From assembly GCA_965140415.1 (NCBI GenBank), contig OZ223209.1, positions 1,952,001 through 2,016,000 of the forward strand: a DNA stretch of 64,000 nt. Direction: 5' to 3'. How positions within the stretch are numbered: the stretch's first letter is position 1; each line of letters begins with the position of its first letter. The DNA is from Myxococcota bacterium (lineage in GTDB: Bacteria > Myxococcota_A > SURF-8). Positions 50,081 through 59,024 of this stretch are shown piece after piece. The notes under the pieces are model-generated. The model had not been told where the DNA came from, did not search any database, and worked only from the letters and a program-made list of their open reading frames with translations. The position numbers and the translations under genes are program-made.

Positions 50081-51331
50081 ATGACACGGAAATTCCAGAA
50101 CTGGATAGGTCTTTTGCTGGCTATGTTGCTGATCGTCACCGGGGTTGTGTTGGCCTGCTCCAGCCTCGATTCGGGTGCATCGTCGGTTACGATTGGGCAT
50201 AGTTGTACCAATCTTGCAGATTGTTCCTACGGAGAGGAATGCGTAACCTATGGTGTTCGTTGCGACGATGCCGGGGAAAATTGCGAAGGCGCCTCGCTTT
50301 GCGTACCTCAATTCTGTGTAACCCATGCCGATTGCATCAATACCGACGAAATGAAATGCTGCAAGGGCCAGTGTGCCGACCGTGAAGCCTTTTGCGATGG
50401 TCCCTGCCAGGATAACAGCGATTGCGAAGAAGGGCTCTGTGTGGCGGGCGTTTGTACGAACATTCCGGGCGTTACCGGCGGCAGTTGTACAACCATCGAC
50501 GATTGCCCGGAAAATACGGTCTGCGTGGCCGGGCTGTGCATTGCCAATCCCGGTATCGATGGCGGCCAGTGCGACGATGATTCGGATTGCGAATCGGGAA
50601 ACTGCACGATGGGTTTCTGTACGCAGAGTGAAGGCCAGGATGGTCGTTGCGAAACGGCTGCGGATTGTACGGAAGAGGGTGCGGTCTGCGTGTTGGGACT
50701 GTGCATCGGTGGGAATTCTTCCATCGAATGTCAGAGCGATGAAGATTGTTTGCCGGGACAGAGTTGTGAAAATGGAACCTGCGAAGGCGATGTCGTGCTG
50801 ACCTGTGAAGTAAATGACGACTGCCCCAGTGGTTTTTACTGCGCCAGCGGCTTGTGTCGCCCGGAAATCACCGATTCTTGCATCCTGGATGAAGATTGCC
50901 AGGAAGGTCTGGTCTGCACGGAAGGGCAGTGTTTGCCTGAAGGTGTGGAGCTATGTGAAGATGATAGCGATTGCAGTAACGGTGCAACCTGCATTGCCGG
51001 TTTCTGCTTGGGCGGCGACAATCCCAGCGACGGTCGCTGCGAAGACGATTACGACTGTCCCGAGGGTGAAAGCTGTCTGATGACCTTCTGCGTGGAAGAC
51101 GGTCAGACTCCCGATACCTGCGAAGACGACTGGGATTGCCTGGGCGGAGAGCGCTGCATTCTTGGCGTTTGCATCGGCACGCCCCAGCCGGGTGGTCCCT
51201 GCCAGACCAACGATGACTGCTACAACGGCATCTGCCTGTTCGGTCAATGTTGGGGTTCCGGTCCGCAAACCTGTGAATCCGACTACGATTGTCCCACTGG
51301 ACAGGAATGCATTCTGCAAACCTGTATCTAG
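50081..51331 (+). CDS. Cys-rich lipoprotein D made almost wholly of CxxxxDCxxGxxCxxGxC repeats
   Basis: VLAC lipobox, more than ten 4-Cys repeats, ends CILQTCI. Confidence 0.8.
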   Translation: MTRKFQNWIGLLLAMLLIVTGVVLACSSLDSGASSVTIGHSCTNLADCSYGEECVTYGVRCDDAGENCEGASLCVPQFCVTHADCINTDEMKCCKGQCADREAFCDGPCQDNSDCEEGLCVAGVCTNIPGVTGGSCTTIDDCPENTVCVAGLCIANPGIDGGQCDDDSDCESGNCTMGFCTQSEGQDGRCETAADCTEEGAVCVLGLCIGGNSSIECQSDEDCLPGQSCENGTCEGDVVLTCEVNDDCPSGFYCASGLCRPEITDSCILDEDCQEGLVCTEGQCLPEGVELCEDDSDCSNGATCIAGFCLGGDNPSDGRCEDDYDCPEGESCLMTFCVEDGQTPDTCEDDWDCLGGERCILGVCIGTPQPGGPCQTNDDCYNGICLFGQCWGSGPQTCESDYDCPTGQECILQTCI

Positions 51332-51397
51332 GTGAAGTAAATTAAACTTCTTGTTCTTGCATGACCTCCCGGTAGTCTCATTTCGTGAGCTTCATTG

Positions 51398-51460
51398 GTA
51401 GGGCAAATGTCCTGCCCGACACCAATCGGAATTGTCGGGTGAAATCACCCGACCTGTAAC
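51398..51460. repeat. REP/REPIN-like doublet
   Basis: GTAGGGCA...TGCCCGAC, spacer, then palindrome GTCGGGTGA-AA-TCACCCGAC. A 19-bp core is identical to 53619-53637. Confidence 0.65.
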
Positions 51461-51540
51461 TGGCTTTGTGCCGACAAAGGTAGATCGAGCAAACAGATCG
51501 TCAATAGGATTGCAATCATCACGGTTACAGGCATCCGCAT
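51445..51540 (-). pseudogene. Probable 5' remnant (signal peptide only) of a secreted-protein gene, ending inside the REP
   Basis: GAGGTG RBS, MRMPVTVMIAILLTICLLDLPLSAQSQLQVG, with the stop supplied by the REP palindrome. Confidence 0.4.
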
Positions 51541-51735
51541 CTTTCACCTCATTCCATAATCGAAGGTGGTCCATTTTAAATAACAGCATGGTTACAAGAA
51601 TTTGTTACAAGAATTCGAATTGTGTTTTAATCGGTATTGATCTTAAATTTAAAAGATTATGATTTGCTTCAAGCATATAATCCTCTCTGTTTCATCGGAT
51701 AATATCCAATAAATAGTTCAAGAAAATTCACATTG

Positions 51736-53325
51736 TCAGGGAAACCGGATGCAGATTGTTTTTCGATCAAACGCTAACCAGACACTTCGATCTCCTCGCC
51801 ACACCCGGGCCTTCGTAATATAATTTACCGACACTTTATATTCCCATCCTTCATCGCAACCTAAGCCTACCCAACTATTAAATATAAAAGACTCTGTTTC
51901 CATATTCGCTGAGCTAAGGGATTCCAGAAAATAAAACCTCATATGGAGTAAACACATTTCTGGCCACCAAAGGCTCTCTATTACAATATCAATTGTCATC
52001 AATGGCCAGCCGCCCATACCGAAAGTCGTAACCAATCTGTCATCGTTTTCGGATTCAGGCACTGGCAGCAAATCGTGATAGGACGTGGTTTCTCCACTAA
52101 TCGGGTTATAGTGGATTTGATCTTTCAGCGCCCGATAATCGAGGCCGCTGTCATCCGGAAAATGCCTGGAGATCCACAGACCGTTTTCATCGACGCCGAT
52201 CAGGCGCGAAAGATCTTCTCCGAAATCGGTTCCAAAGTCGCGAATCGAGGTGCAATCGGTAGCTTCGGGTGTCAAAGCATAGAGCCGGTTGCCACCCATT
52301 AGGTAATAGGTTTCTCCGAACCAGTAACCAACTTCGTTGAACTGCGCCAGCATGTCCTCGCAGGGCGGGACGCGGTTCCAAGCTTGTGTAGTGGTGAAAA
52401 AGAAATGAGTGGAATCGTATTCCCGACCAGTTTCATAGACGCCAGTATTGGAAGCGTAAGCAACGTTCAGGGCAACGACCGCGCCTTGCACCTTCAGGCT
52501 GTAGGGATGTTTCACTTCTTCAACGCCTTCTGAATCGATGGCTGTTTCGTTCTGCACGAGATCAGCGGGTAGATCGAAAAAGCTCCATTCGCCTTGAACC
52601 AGGCGTCCGAGCCGGGTCGCCGTCGCGATCCAGATTTCCACCTGGCCTTCCAGCAAGCGACCATCCAAAGAAAAGACTTCCTCATTCACCCGTTCGTCGC
52701 AGCGCAGTTCGTTACTGGCTTCATCGTATTCCCAGAAACGATTGCCTGCAAACCAGGTTTTACCTGCATCATTTGACCAGACATCCAGAGCGTTGAAAGC
52801 TCCGCCACCCTCACAGCGAACGACGGTGGTATCTTCAAAAGGAAAGGTGTCCATACTCAGGTTCAGGGCTTCGATATCCGGTTCCTGGTCCATCTCGGAG
52901 GCACTATCCGATTCGGTTTCCACATCCGGTTCGAGCTCGATATTGTCCACATTGTCCGGGTCGGCGTCGAGTTCCAAGGTGTCTCCGTCCGTTTCCGGTG
53001 TTTCGTTATCGAGATCATGATCGCCATCCGCATCGGAATCGCCATCTGTATCTGTATCGCCGTCCGAATCCGGATCGGCGTCCCGGTCTCCATCCACCGG
53101 TGTTTCATCCAGATCGGCGGGGGGAGGATCACTATCGGGAAGGTCGGCGTCCAAATCTCCATCGGAAGAATTCTCACGATCAACGAGTTCCGTATCCTGG
53201 TCGGCGGGCGGCAGGTCGCCATCCGTCGAGGAACCGTCGTCCGAGCAGGCAGGCAACAGCAGTAAGCAGACAAGCAGGAACCACACAATCCCAACGCACT
53301 GCTTCTTGTGGAGAATGGGTGACAT
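51736..53325 (-). CDS. Lipoprotein with a long Asp-rich DGD linker and probable beta-rich C-terminal domain
   Basis: LPAC lipobox, AGGAGG RBS, DGD/DxD tract, lower-GC 3' end. Confidence 0.78.
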   Translation of the reverse strand: MSPILHKKQCVGIVWFLLVCLLLLPACSDDGSSTDGDLPPADQDTELVDRENSSDGDLDADLPDSDPPPADLDETPVDGDRDADPDSDGDTDTDGDSDADGDHDLDNETPETDGDTLELDADPDNVDNIELEPDVETESDSASEMDQEPDIEALNLSMDTFPFEDTTVVRCEGGGAFNALDVWSNDAGKTWFAGNRFWEYDEASNELRCDERVNEEVFSLDGRLLEGQVEIWIATATRLGRLVQGEWSFFDLPADLVQNETAIDSEGVEEVKHPYSLKVQGAVVALNVAYASNTGVYETGREYDSTHFFFTTTQAWNRVPPCEDMLAQFNEVGYWFGETYYLMGGNRLYALTPEATDCTSIRDFGTDFGEDLSRLIGVDENGLWISRHFPDDSGLDYRALKDQIHYNPISGETTSYHDLLPVPESENDDRLVTTFGMGGWPLMTIDIVIESLWWPEMCLLHMRFYFLESLSSANMETESFIFNSWVGLGCDEGWEYKVSVNYITKARVWRGDRSVWLAFDRKTICIRFP

Positions 53326-53597
53326 GAGAACCTCCTGATCGTCGATACTTAATAACGCTCGGAATATTATGCTGTATAGTTATAGTTACTTCATAATTCT
53401 TATCAATGCAAGCGGATTCATGGTAGCCCAGAGAGTGTTGCCAGCGGAAGATTTAGAAAATTGTAACTGCCGCCGGTGAATAAGATCCTACCATCCTGCA
53501 ATCGTGTGACGCGTGTGGGGAAACCTTCGTGAGCTGTAGTTAAAAAGCGTGGATTGGATATAGAACCGTGCGAAAGGATATCCCAACCTGCGGGATT

Positions 53598-53666
53598 TCG
53601 TGGGTTGGGCAAGTGCCTTGCCCGACACCAATCGGAAATGTAGGATACACTTTACCCGATCCACGA
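53598..53666. repeat. REP/REPIN-like doublet
   Basis: TCGTGGGTTGGG...CCCGATCCACGA inverted ends. Core TGCCCGACACCAATCGGAA identical to 51413-51431. Confidence 0.65.
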
Positions 53667-53703
53667 CTCCCTGCAACTTTGTCAATATCTGTCAATTTGA
53701 ACG

Positions 53704-53736
53704 AAAAAAGGACTTGGCCAAAATGGCTAAGTCCTT
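53704..53736 (-). terminator. Rho-independent terminator of the tRNA pair
   Basis: AAGGACTTGGCCA-AAA-TGGCTAAGTCCTT hairpin with an A-tract on the + strand (U-tract on -). Confidence 0.8.
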
Positions 53737-53744
53737 GAAATCTA

Positions 53745-53819
53745 TGGTGGGCGATGGCAGGTTTGAACTGCCGACTTCTACCGTGTGAAGGTAGCACTCT
53801 ACCGCTGAGTTAATCGCCC
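53745..53819 (-). tRNA. tRNA-Val(CAC)
   Basis: GGGCGAT acceptor stem, anticodon arm CTACC-TTCACAC-GGTAG, GTTCAAA T-loop, encoded CCA; 75 nt. Confidence 0.96.
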
Positions 53820-53854
53820 ATTCGATTTGTAAAAGTTCGTGAACTTGATTGCTC

Positions 53855-53931
<77 letters not shown>

Positions 53932-53943
53932 AATGGGACAGGA

Positions 53944-53972
53944 TATATACCACCGGAGATAAAGTCGGTCAA
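53944..53972 (-). promoter_or_regulatory. Putative sigma70 promoter of the tRNA pair
   Basis: TTGACC, 17-nt spacer, TATATA with an upstream TG, just 5' of tRNA-Arg. Confidence 0.5.
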
Positions 53973-54090
53973 GGCTTTTTTCAAGCAGTATTGGAACAAA
54001 GCAAGCCGATGCGAAGTGCCGGTGCGCGCAAGGGATACAATCGGTTCTCGATAAGTCGATTGCAACCCGCATAATAATGGCATCTCGCCA

Positions 54091-54483
54091 TTAACTGCCA
54101 CAAGAGCTCGTTTCCCCTCCAGGTTGAACTGGTTTATGATAGCCGTGGGGTTGGGGAACGATACAGATCATACGAAGGCGAGTTTTCCCGACATTCCGAA
54201 AATAGTGCTCCTCGTTCGGCTCGATAAATACCGCGTCGTAGACTTGGACCGGTACAAAGGTTCCATTCCGGAAGACCTCTGCTTCTCCTTCCAAAATGAA
54301 GGTTTCATGCTCGTATGGATGTGTATGATGAGGAGTCTGGCCACCCGGCTCGATGTCGAACACACGAAAATTGAAGTTCGGGGCACCATCCGCTTCACTG
54401 AACAACACGCGCATACCAACTCCCTTTGCACCGTCCAGTTCCACCTGCTCTGCCTTGATCTCTTCAACCGATTTTTTGATCAT
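54091..54483 (-). CDS. Cupin-domain protein
   Basis: PGGQTPHHTHPYEHETFILEG and FIEPNEEHYFRN cupin motifs. Confidence 0.9.
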   Translation of the reverse strand: MIKKSVEEIKAEQVELDGAKGVGMRVLFSEADGAPNFNFRVFDIEPGGQTPHHTHPYEHETFILEGEAEVFRNGTFVPVQVYDAVFIEPNEEHYFRNVGKTRLRMICIVPQPHGYHKPVQPGGETSSCGS

Positions 54484-54590
54484 TGCACGATTCTCCTGTT
54501 TTCACTCTCTGTTAAAAGACAGAAAAAAGAAGGGTTTTCATCCCATGATGAAAGGAATTTGCCGATTAACCACGGCTTGCTCGATTATTC

Positions 54591-55613
54591 TCAGTCTTCT
54601 TCATTCATGTCTTTAAACAGTTGATCCTGGCGTTCGGAATAGGAAGGCAAAATGCCGAAGCCGTCGGCGCTACGCACGGCATCTTCAATGGCGCGGGCCA
54701 CGCAACGACTGGCCAAGGTGCCTACACGATCGACATCCGCTTCAACATACCCGGTGGCTGCGCAGAAAATCACATCCCCATCGAAAGGAGCCAGCGCCGG
54801 GCGCATGACAAGGCGCAGGCCATCCTCGGCTCGATTGGCTACCTGCACACACAGAGGTTTATCCAGCCTGGCGTTTGTCAACACTGCCATCAACACTGTA
54901 TTTTCATTTTTAGGCGGTACAAAGCCAAGCGGTTTGGTGGTCCCTTCGCGCACGGCACGTTGACTGCCCATCAGATCCATCGAATCCGGTGCCATCCGCG
55001 CACCTGCCAGAATCTCTTCGCTGTCCGGATCGTGGACATCACCGAAACCATTGCAGGCTGCAATGACCTGTACCGACAAATCCCCCTCAACCATCGAGCT
55101 TGTTCCGATTCCGCCTTTCATCGCGCATTCAATGCCGGAAAATTTTCCGACTGTGGCTCCGCAACCTGCACCAACCGAACCTACCGCCATGCGATTGGGC
55201 TCGGCGACTTCACAGGCTTCCATGGCCATCTGGGCGGTCGGTCGCACGTTAAAGGAACCAAATCCCAGATCGAACAGCGCCGCCGTAGGGCAGATCGGTA
55301 CCGGTCCATAGCGCGTTGGTAATCCTCGTCCATTGTTTTCCAGAAACTGCAAAACACCACCGGTCGCACATAAGCCATACGCACTTCCTCCGGTAAAGAC
55401 AAAAGCATCCACCCTGTCTACTAAATGGGAGATCCGCAGTGAATCAGCCTGGCGCGTACTGGTTGAATGGCCGCAGAAATGTCCACCCGCCGGTGTGGCC
55501 TGATCGAACAACACGACTGTCACCCCCGTCTTTCCGTCGATATCTTGCACCTGGCCAACCCGAACGCCTGGAACGCGAATATCTCGATAGGTAATGCCGA
55601 CAGGCCCCCTCAT
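54591..55613 (-). CDS. P1/S58 (DmpA-like) aminopeptidase
   Basis: TGVTV, TGGSAYGL, GSVGAGCGA, KGGIG, NT autoproteolysis site, FDGD. Confidence 0.88.
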   Translation of the reverse strand: MRGPVGITYRDIRVPGVRVGQVQDIDGKTGVTVVLFDQATPAGGHFCGHSTSTRQADSLRISHLVDRVDAFVFTGGSAYGLCATGGVLQFLENNGRGLPTRYGPVPICPTAALFDLGFGSFNVRPTAQMAMEACEVAEPNRMAVGSVGAGCGATVGKFSGIECAMKGGIGTSSMVEGDLSVQVIAACNGFGDVHDPDSEEILAGARMAPDSMDLMGSQRAVREGTTKPLGFVPPKNENTVLMAVLTNARLDKPLCVQVANRAEDGLRLVMRPALAPFDGDVIFCAATGYVEADVDRVGTLASRCVARAIEDAVRSADGFGILPSYSERQDQLFKDMNEED

Positions 55614-55655
55614 GCCGCTCTCCTTTCATTTATCAGATGCATTGCTGTGGGATCT

Positions 55656-55688
55656 AAAAAAAATGCCCCCGCCATAATAGCGGAGGCA
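55656..55688 (-). terminator. Rho-independent terminator after the vWA lipoprotein gene
   Basis: Minus strand TGCCTCCGCTA-TTA-TGGCGGGGGCA followed by T8. Confidence 0.82.
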
Positions 55689-55739
55689 CTTATTTACCGA
55701 AGTAATCGTTTGCTTTTCATTCCACCTGCCAAGAGTTCA

Positions 55740-58700
55740 TTAGGGCAGACAGAGTGTATCGTAATCCACATCAATCGTGCTTCCACCTGGCGGTTCCTGA
55801 CCTTCCGGGTAAATGATGCTGTTGCTGTCTTCATCATACTCCCAGGTGTTGTCGATCACACCGTCGACCTTGACCACGATGGTATCGGGATCGGCCTGGC
55901 GGGTTAGGAAGAACTGGTTGAAGAGCACGAACAGGTTTTCGGCCATGGTGTTGAAAACATCATCGAAGGAATCTTCGCAGATCGACTCGAAATGCTCGTT
56001 GTCGTGGCGGTTGCAGGCGTCGGAGACTTCGATATAGCGCGGTCCTGCAGAGGCGTCGCCGGTATTCTCGTTCTGGCAACCACCGGGATCGTCACCGACG
56101 ATGGCGTAGGTTTCGATCATCGAAGTGTTACGCATACCTTTGATGCTACGCAGAAAATCGATGAAGAAGGGCACTTCCGAAGAGGAATTGTCCGGTTCAT
56201 CACTGACGAAAATGATCGACAGTTTGGCTTCATCGCGCAGGAATCCGGCATTCTCGTTGCTGATCAAAGGTTCAGACAAAGCCAAGTGTGCGGCTTCCAG
56301 ACCGGCTTCCGTATTGCCGTCGCAACTGGTACCCAGTTTTACGCAGTCTTTGAATTCGCTCTTGATTTGAGCGTCCGTGAGTGCATCGGGACCGGAGTTG
56401 GACAATACTGCCGGAGAACATTGCAGTTTACCGGAATGATCCGGGTCCACGATGTCCATGGAGGTGACTCCGATGTGCAGATCGACCGCACCTTCACCCC
56501 ACTGAAGGGCGTCGTTGATGAAGTTATCGAAGTTGTCTGCCAGATTGTCCTGCTCTTCCTGCATCGATCCGGAACAGTCGACCACCCACAGAATGTCCAC
56601 CATGGGGTATTGGTTCTGGGTGAAGTGATCGGTCGCATGACTGAGCAGCGTACCTTCGCCCTGTAGCGGTACAACCAACTGTGCGTTGTTTGCATCGTCG
56701 CTTATAATTTCCACACGTCCTACATGTGGTCCTTCATGGCTTGGACAGAACTTGACTTCAAAAGAGAAGCTCTGTGGATGCCCACCACCCAAGGTAATCG
56801 GGAAGTCTCCCTGTCCAGGACCGCTAACGATTTCAAAACGCTCGTCACTACCGGCACCAATTTGCATATCGGTGATGGTCAATTCAAGGTTACCTACGTT
56901 CCAGACCTTAACTTCTTCCGCCCGCGAGCAGCACTCCAGAGTTACCAATCCGAAGTCCAATTTGGATGGAATAACTTCGATTCCGCGCCGTGCACCAACA
57001 CCTTCGATTCCGACGACGGTCGGCACCGTCGGGTCCGGCACGAAATTCGGATCCAGCCACATCAGTTTTTCAGCATTGGTGAAGAACTGGAAGCCTGCGG
57101 TATAGCGGGAATTCTCCGTGGGAGGTGTGAAGGTGATGTTGACGTAAATCGTTTCGCCACGTTGCAGGGTATAGTCATGGAAACTGCCGTAATCTTCGTA
57201 GAAAGGCCGCGGTTCGATCATTGCAGGTGGGAAGTCGTACAGCGCGTTCCAAGCCAGACCGGTCACGCTTAAAGGAAGGTCACCGCAATTGCTGAAGGAT
57301 ACCTGCCGCGTGTTGGGAACATTCATTTGCGAATAACCGAAGTCGATACCGGGACCGGGAACATCGCCAAAGCCCCAAATACCTGAAGAGCCGTCCAGCG
57401 GTTGCACGTCAAGGCAAGCCGGCTGACGCTCGGTGACACAACCCACCAGGTCCACCTGGATCTTCTTTTCCGCCTGATCTTTGTCAAGCCACACGACTTC
57501 CATAAAGCCAACCTGCTGGCTGTCGTAGGGATGTACGTTTTCAATCGGTTTGTAGTTTACCGTGATGGCTTGTGCGCCACTTGCGTCCAGGGAAAACGGG
57601 GGTTGGTTTTCCGGGGTCCATTCGATGGTGTATGCGCCGTTGGAATCGTCGAGCATATTGACAGCTACAACCTGAGCCGTGGCGCAACCGGTATTTTTGA
57701 CCAGCACGTATTTGCGGTTGTCGAAGCCAGGGGCCTGGCAGCCGTAGCTGATCGCAGCCCGTTCCACTACTATCTGGGGAACACACTTGGCTTCCGAAGA
57801 CAGTCGAAGGCGCGTAATCGGTTGGCTGGGATCATCGGTCAGTAAAACCAACATGCCTTGCTGCGGCTCATCTCCTTCTGGAGCGAATTCCACAATCAGG
57901 TCTTCATCCAAGCCGGAAGCAATCGATTTGCCATCGGGCCAATCATCGGGATTGGCTAAAGAGAACTCGGTACTTGTTTCAGGTGTAAAGAACAACCCTT
58001 CGATATTCAGTGCCCCGTCTCCGTTATTGGACACGCTGACTTCCTGGTATTTGATTTCACCCGCAGACACGGCACCGAAACGGAACTCGGTAGGACGTAC
58101 ATCGATGCGTCCTGTACCTGCCGCTTGTTTGGGGGTCAGCGTAATGGTGCAGTTGTCATTGCAATTCAGTACAACAGTGTCGTTGCCGCTATTGAAGTTG
58201 CCCGTACAGGTTTTTCCGTTATCGGTTTCGATGGATGAACCGGTTACTTCACCTTCAATGCTCTCGCCTCCGTAGTAGAAGACCACGTCGCAAGTTGTGT
58301 AATCGACGACGACATAGGTGTCGTGATTTTCAACCGAACCGCAGGCGAATTCACCATCGTACAGACCCGTGAAATCTTCACAACCTTCAGTTTGATCTCC
58401 ATCAGGGGTCGTATCTCCATCAGGATCATCGGTACCGTCACCATCTACCGCGTTATCCTGATCGCCATCCGGGCCGATGCTTAACACACAGATGCCGGTA
58501 CCGGCGCAATAGGGCTTGGATGTTCCATACCAGCTTGCGCATTCCGTGTCGGTCTGGCAGTTTCCATGTTCCACGCAAACCTGACTGATCAGATCACAAG
58601 TGGGATTGGTACCGATGCAGTCGGCATTGGATGTACAACCCGTATTCGACGAGTTGTCTCCATCTGGTATTTGGTCGTCACCGCTACTGTCGGAACAGGC

Positions 58701-58766
58701 GGTAAAGAAAAACAAGACCAAAACGACAGACGCCAACCATAAGGTCAGGGTTTGTGTACGGCTCAT
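55740..58766 (-). CDS. Large lipoprotein with Cys-rich/DGD N-terminus, Ig-like (choice-of-anchor D/ASH-like) domains and a C-terminal vWA domain
   Basis: FTAC lipobox, repeated F-G...N-x-G...L-x-I Ig-like motifs, MIDAS motif DILWVVDCSGSM, VSDE. Confidence 0.82.
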   Translation of the reverse strand: MSRTQTLTLWLASVVLVLFFFTACSDSSGDDQIPDGDNSSNTGCTSNADCIGTNPTCDLISQVCVEHGNCQTDTECASWYGTSKPYCAGTGICVLSIGPDGDQDNAVDGDGTDDPDGDTTPDGDQTEGCEDFTGLYDGEFACGSVENHDTYVVVDYTTCDVVFYYGGESIEGEVTGSSIETDNGKTCTGNFNSGNDTVVLNCNDNCTITLTPKQAAGTGRIDVRPTEFRFGAVSAGEIKYQEVSVSNNGDGALNIEGLFFTPETSTEFSLANPDDWPDGKSIASGLDEDLIVEFAPEGDEPQQGMLVLLTDDPSQPITRLRLSSEAKCVPQIVVERAAISYGCQAPGFDNRKYVLVKNTGCATAQVVAVNMLDDSNGAYTIEWTPENQPPFSLDASGAQAITVNYKPIENVHPYDSQQVGFMEVVWLDKDQAEKKIQVDLVGCVTERQPACLDVQPLDGSSGIWGFGDVPGPGIDFGYSQMNVPNTRQVSFSNCGDLPLSVTGLAWNALYDFPPAMIEPRPFYEDYGSFHDYTLQRGETIYVNITFTPPTENSRYTAGFQFFTNAEKLMWLDPNFVPDPTVPTVVGIEGVGARRGIEVIPSKLDFGLVTLECCSRAEEVKVWNVGNLELTITDMQIGAGSDERFEIVSGPGQGDFPITLGGGHPQSFSFEVKFCPSHEGPHVGRVEIISDDANNAQLVVPLQGEGTLLSHATDHFTQNQYPMVDILWVVDCSGSMQEEQDNLADNFDNFINDALQWGEGAVDLHIGVTSMDIVDPDHSGKLQCSPAVLSNSGPDALTDAQIKSEFKDCVKLGTSCDGNTEAGLEAAHLALSEPLISNENAGFLRDEAKLSIIFVSDEPDNSSSEVPFFIDFLRSIKGMRNTSMIETYAIVGDDPGGCQNENTGDASAGPRYIEVSDACNRHDNEHFESICEDSFDDVFNTMAENLFVLFNQFFLTRQADPDTIVVKVDGVIDNTWEYDEDSNSIIYPEGQEPPGGSTIDVDYDTLCLP

Positions 58767-58926
58767 GAAACAACTCCTTTAGCAGTAAACTTATGCATTT
58801 GGTATGGGCGAAACCCGTGGCGACGAACTAGATAGTAAAACTCGACTGCGTAAAGCTAGAATACGCTGTCAGTTTCTTTACTTATTATCAATTAATGTGG
58901 TCCCTTGTCAAGCGTTACAGTACTAT

Positions 58927-58956
58927 ATAGTGTATCGCGTAATAGTGTATCGCGTA
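58927..58956. repeat. Perfect 15-bp tandem duplication ATAGTGTATCGCGTA
   Basis: Two adjacent exact copies in the intergenic region upstream of the vWA gene. Confidence 0.85.
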
Positions 58957-58961
58957 AACCA

Positions 58962-58993
58962 TAGATCACCCTGTTTATCATACAGGTGATCTA
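58962..58993. terminator. Hairpin, possible terminator of the beta-barrel gene
   Basis: TAGATCAC-C-CTGT...ACAG-GTGATCTA. The U-tract is weak. Confidence 0.45.
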
Positions 58994-59024
58994 AAGGGGG
59001 TATGTCTTACAGATACTGTCGGAC

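Noticed and set aside
45140-51331. Cys-rich proteins as multiheme cytochromes
   Set aside because: No CxxCH motifs were seen. The Cys spacing and lipoprotein signals fit disulfide-rich extracellular repeats.
51398-53666. Flanking palindromes as integron attC sites
   Set aside because: They lack the RYYYAAC...GTTRRRY arrangement in the gene's orientation and no intI is present. A REP-like interpretation fits better.
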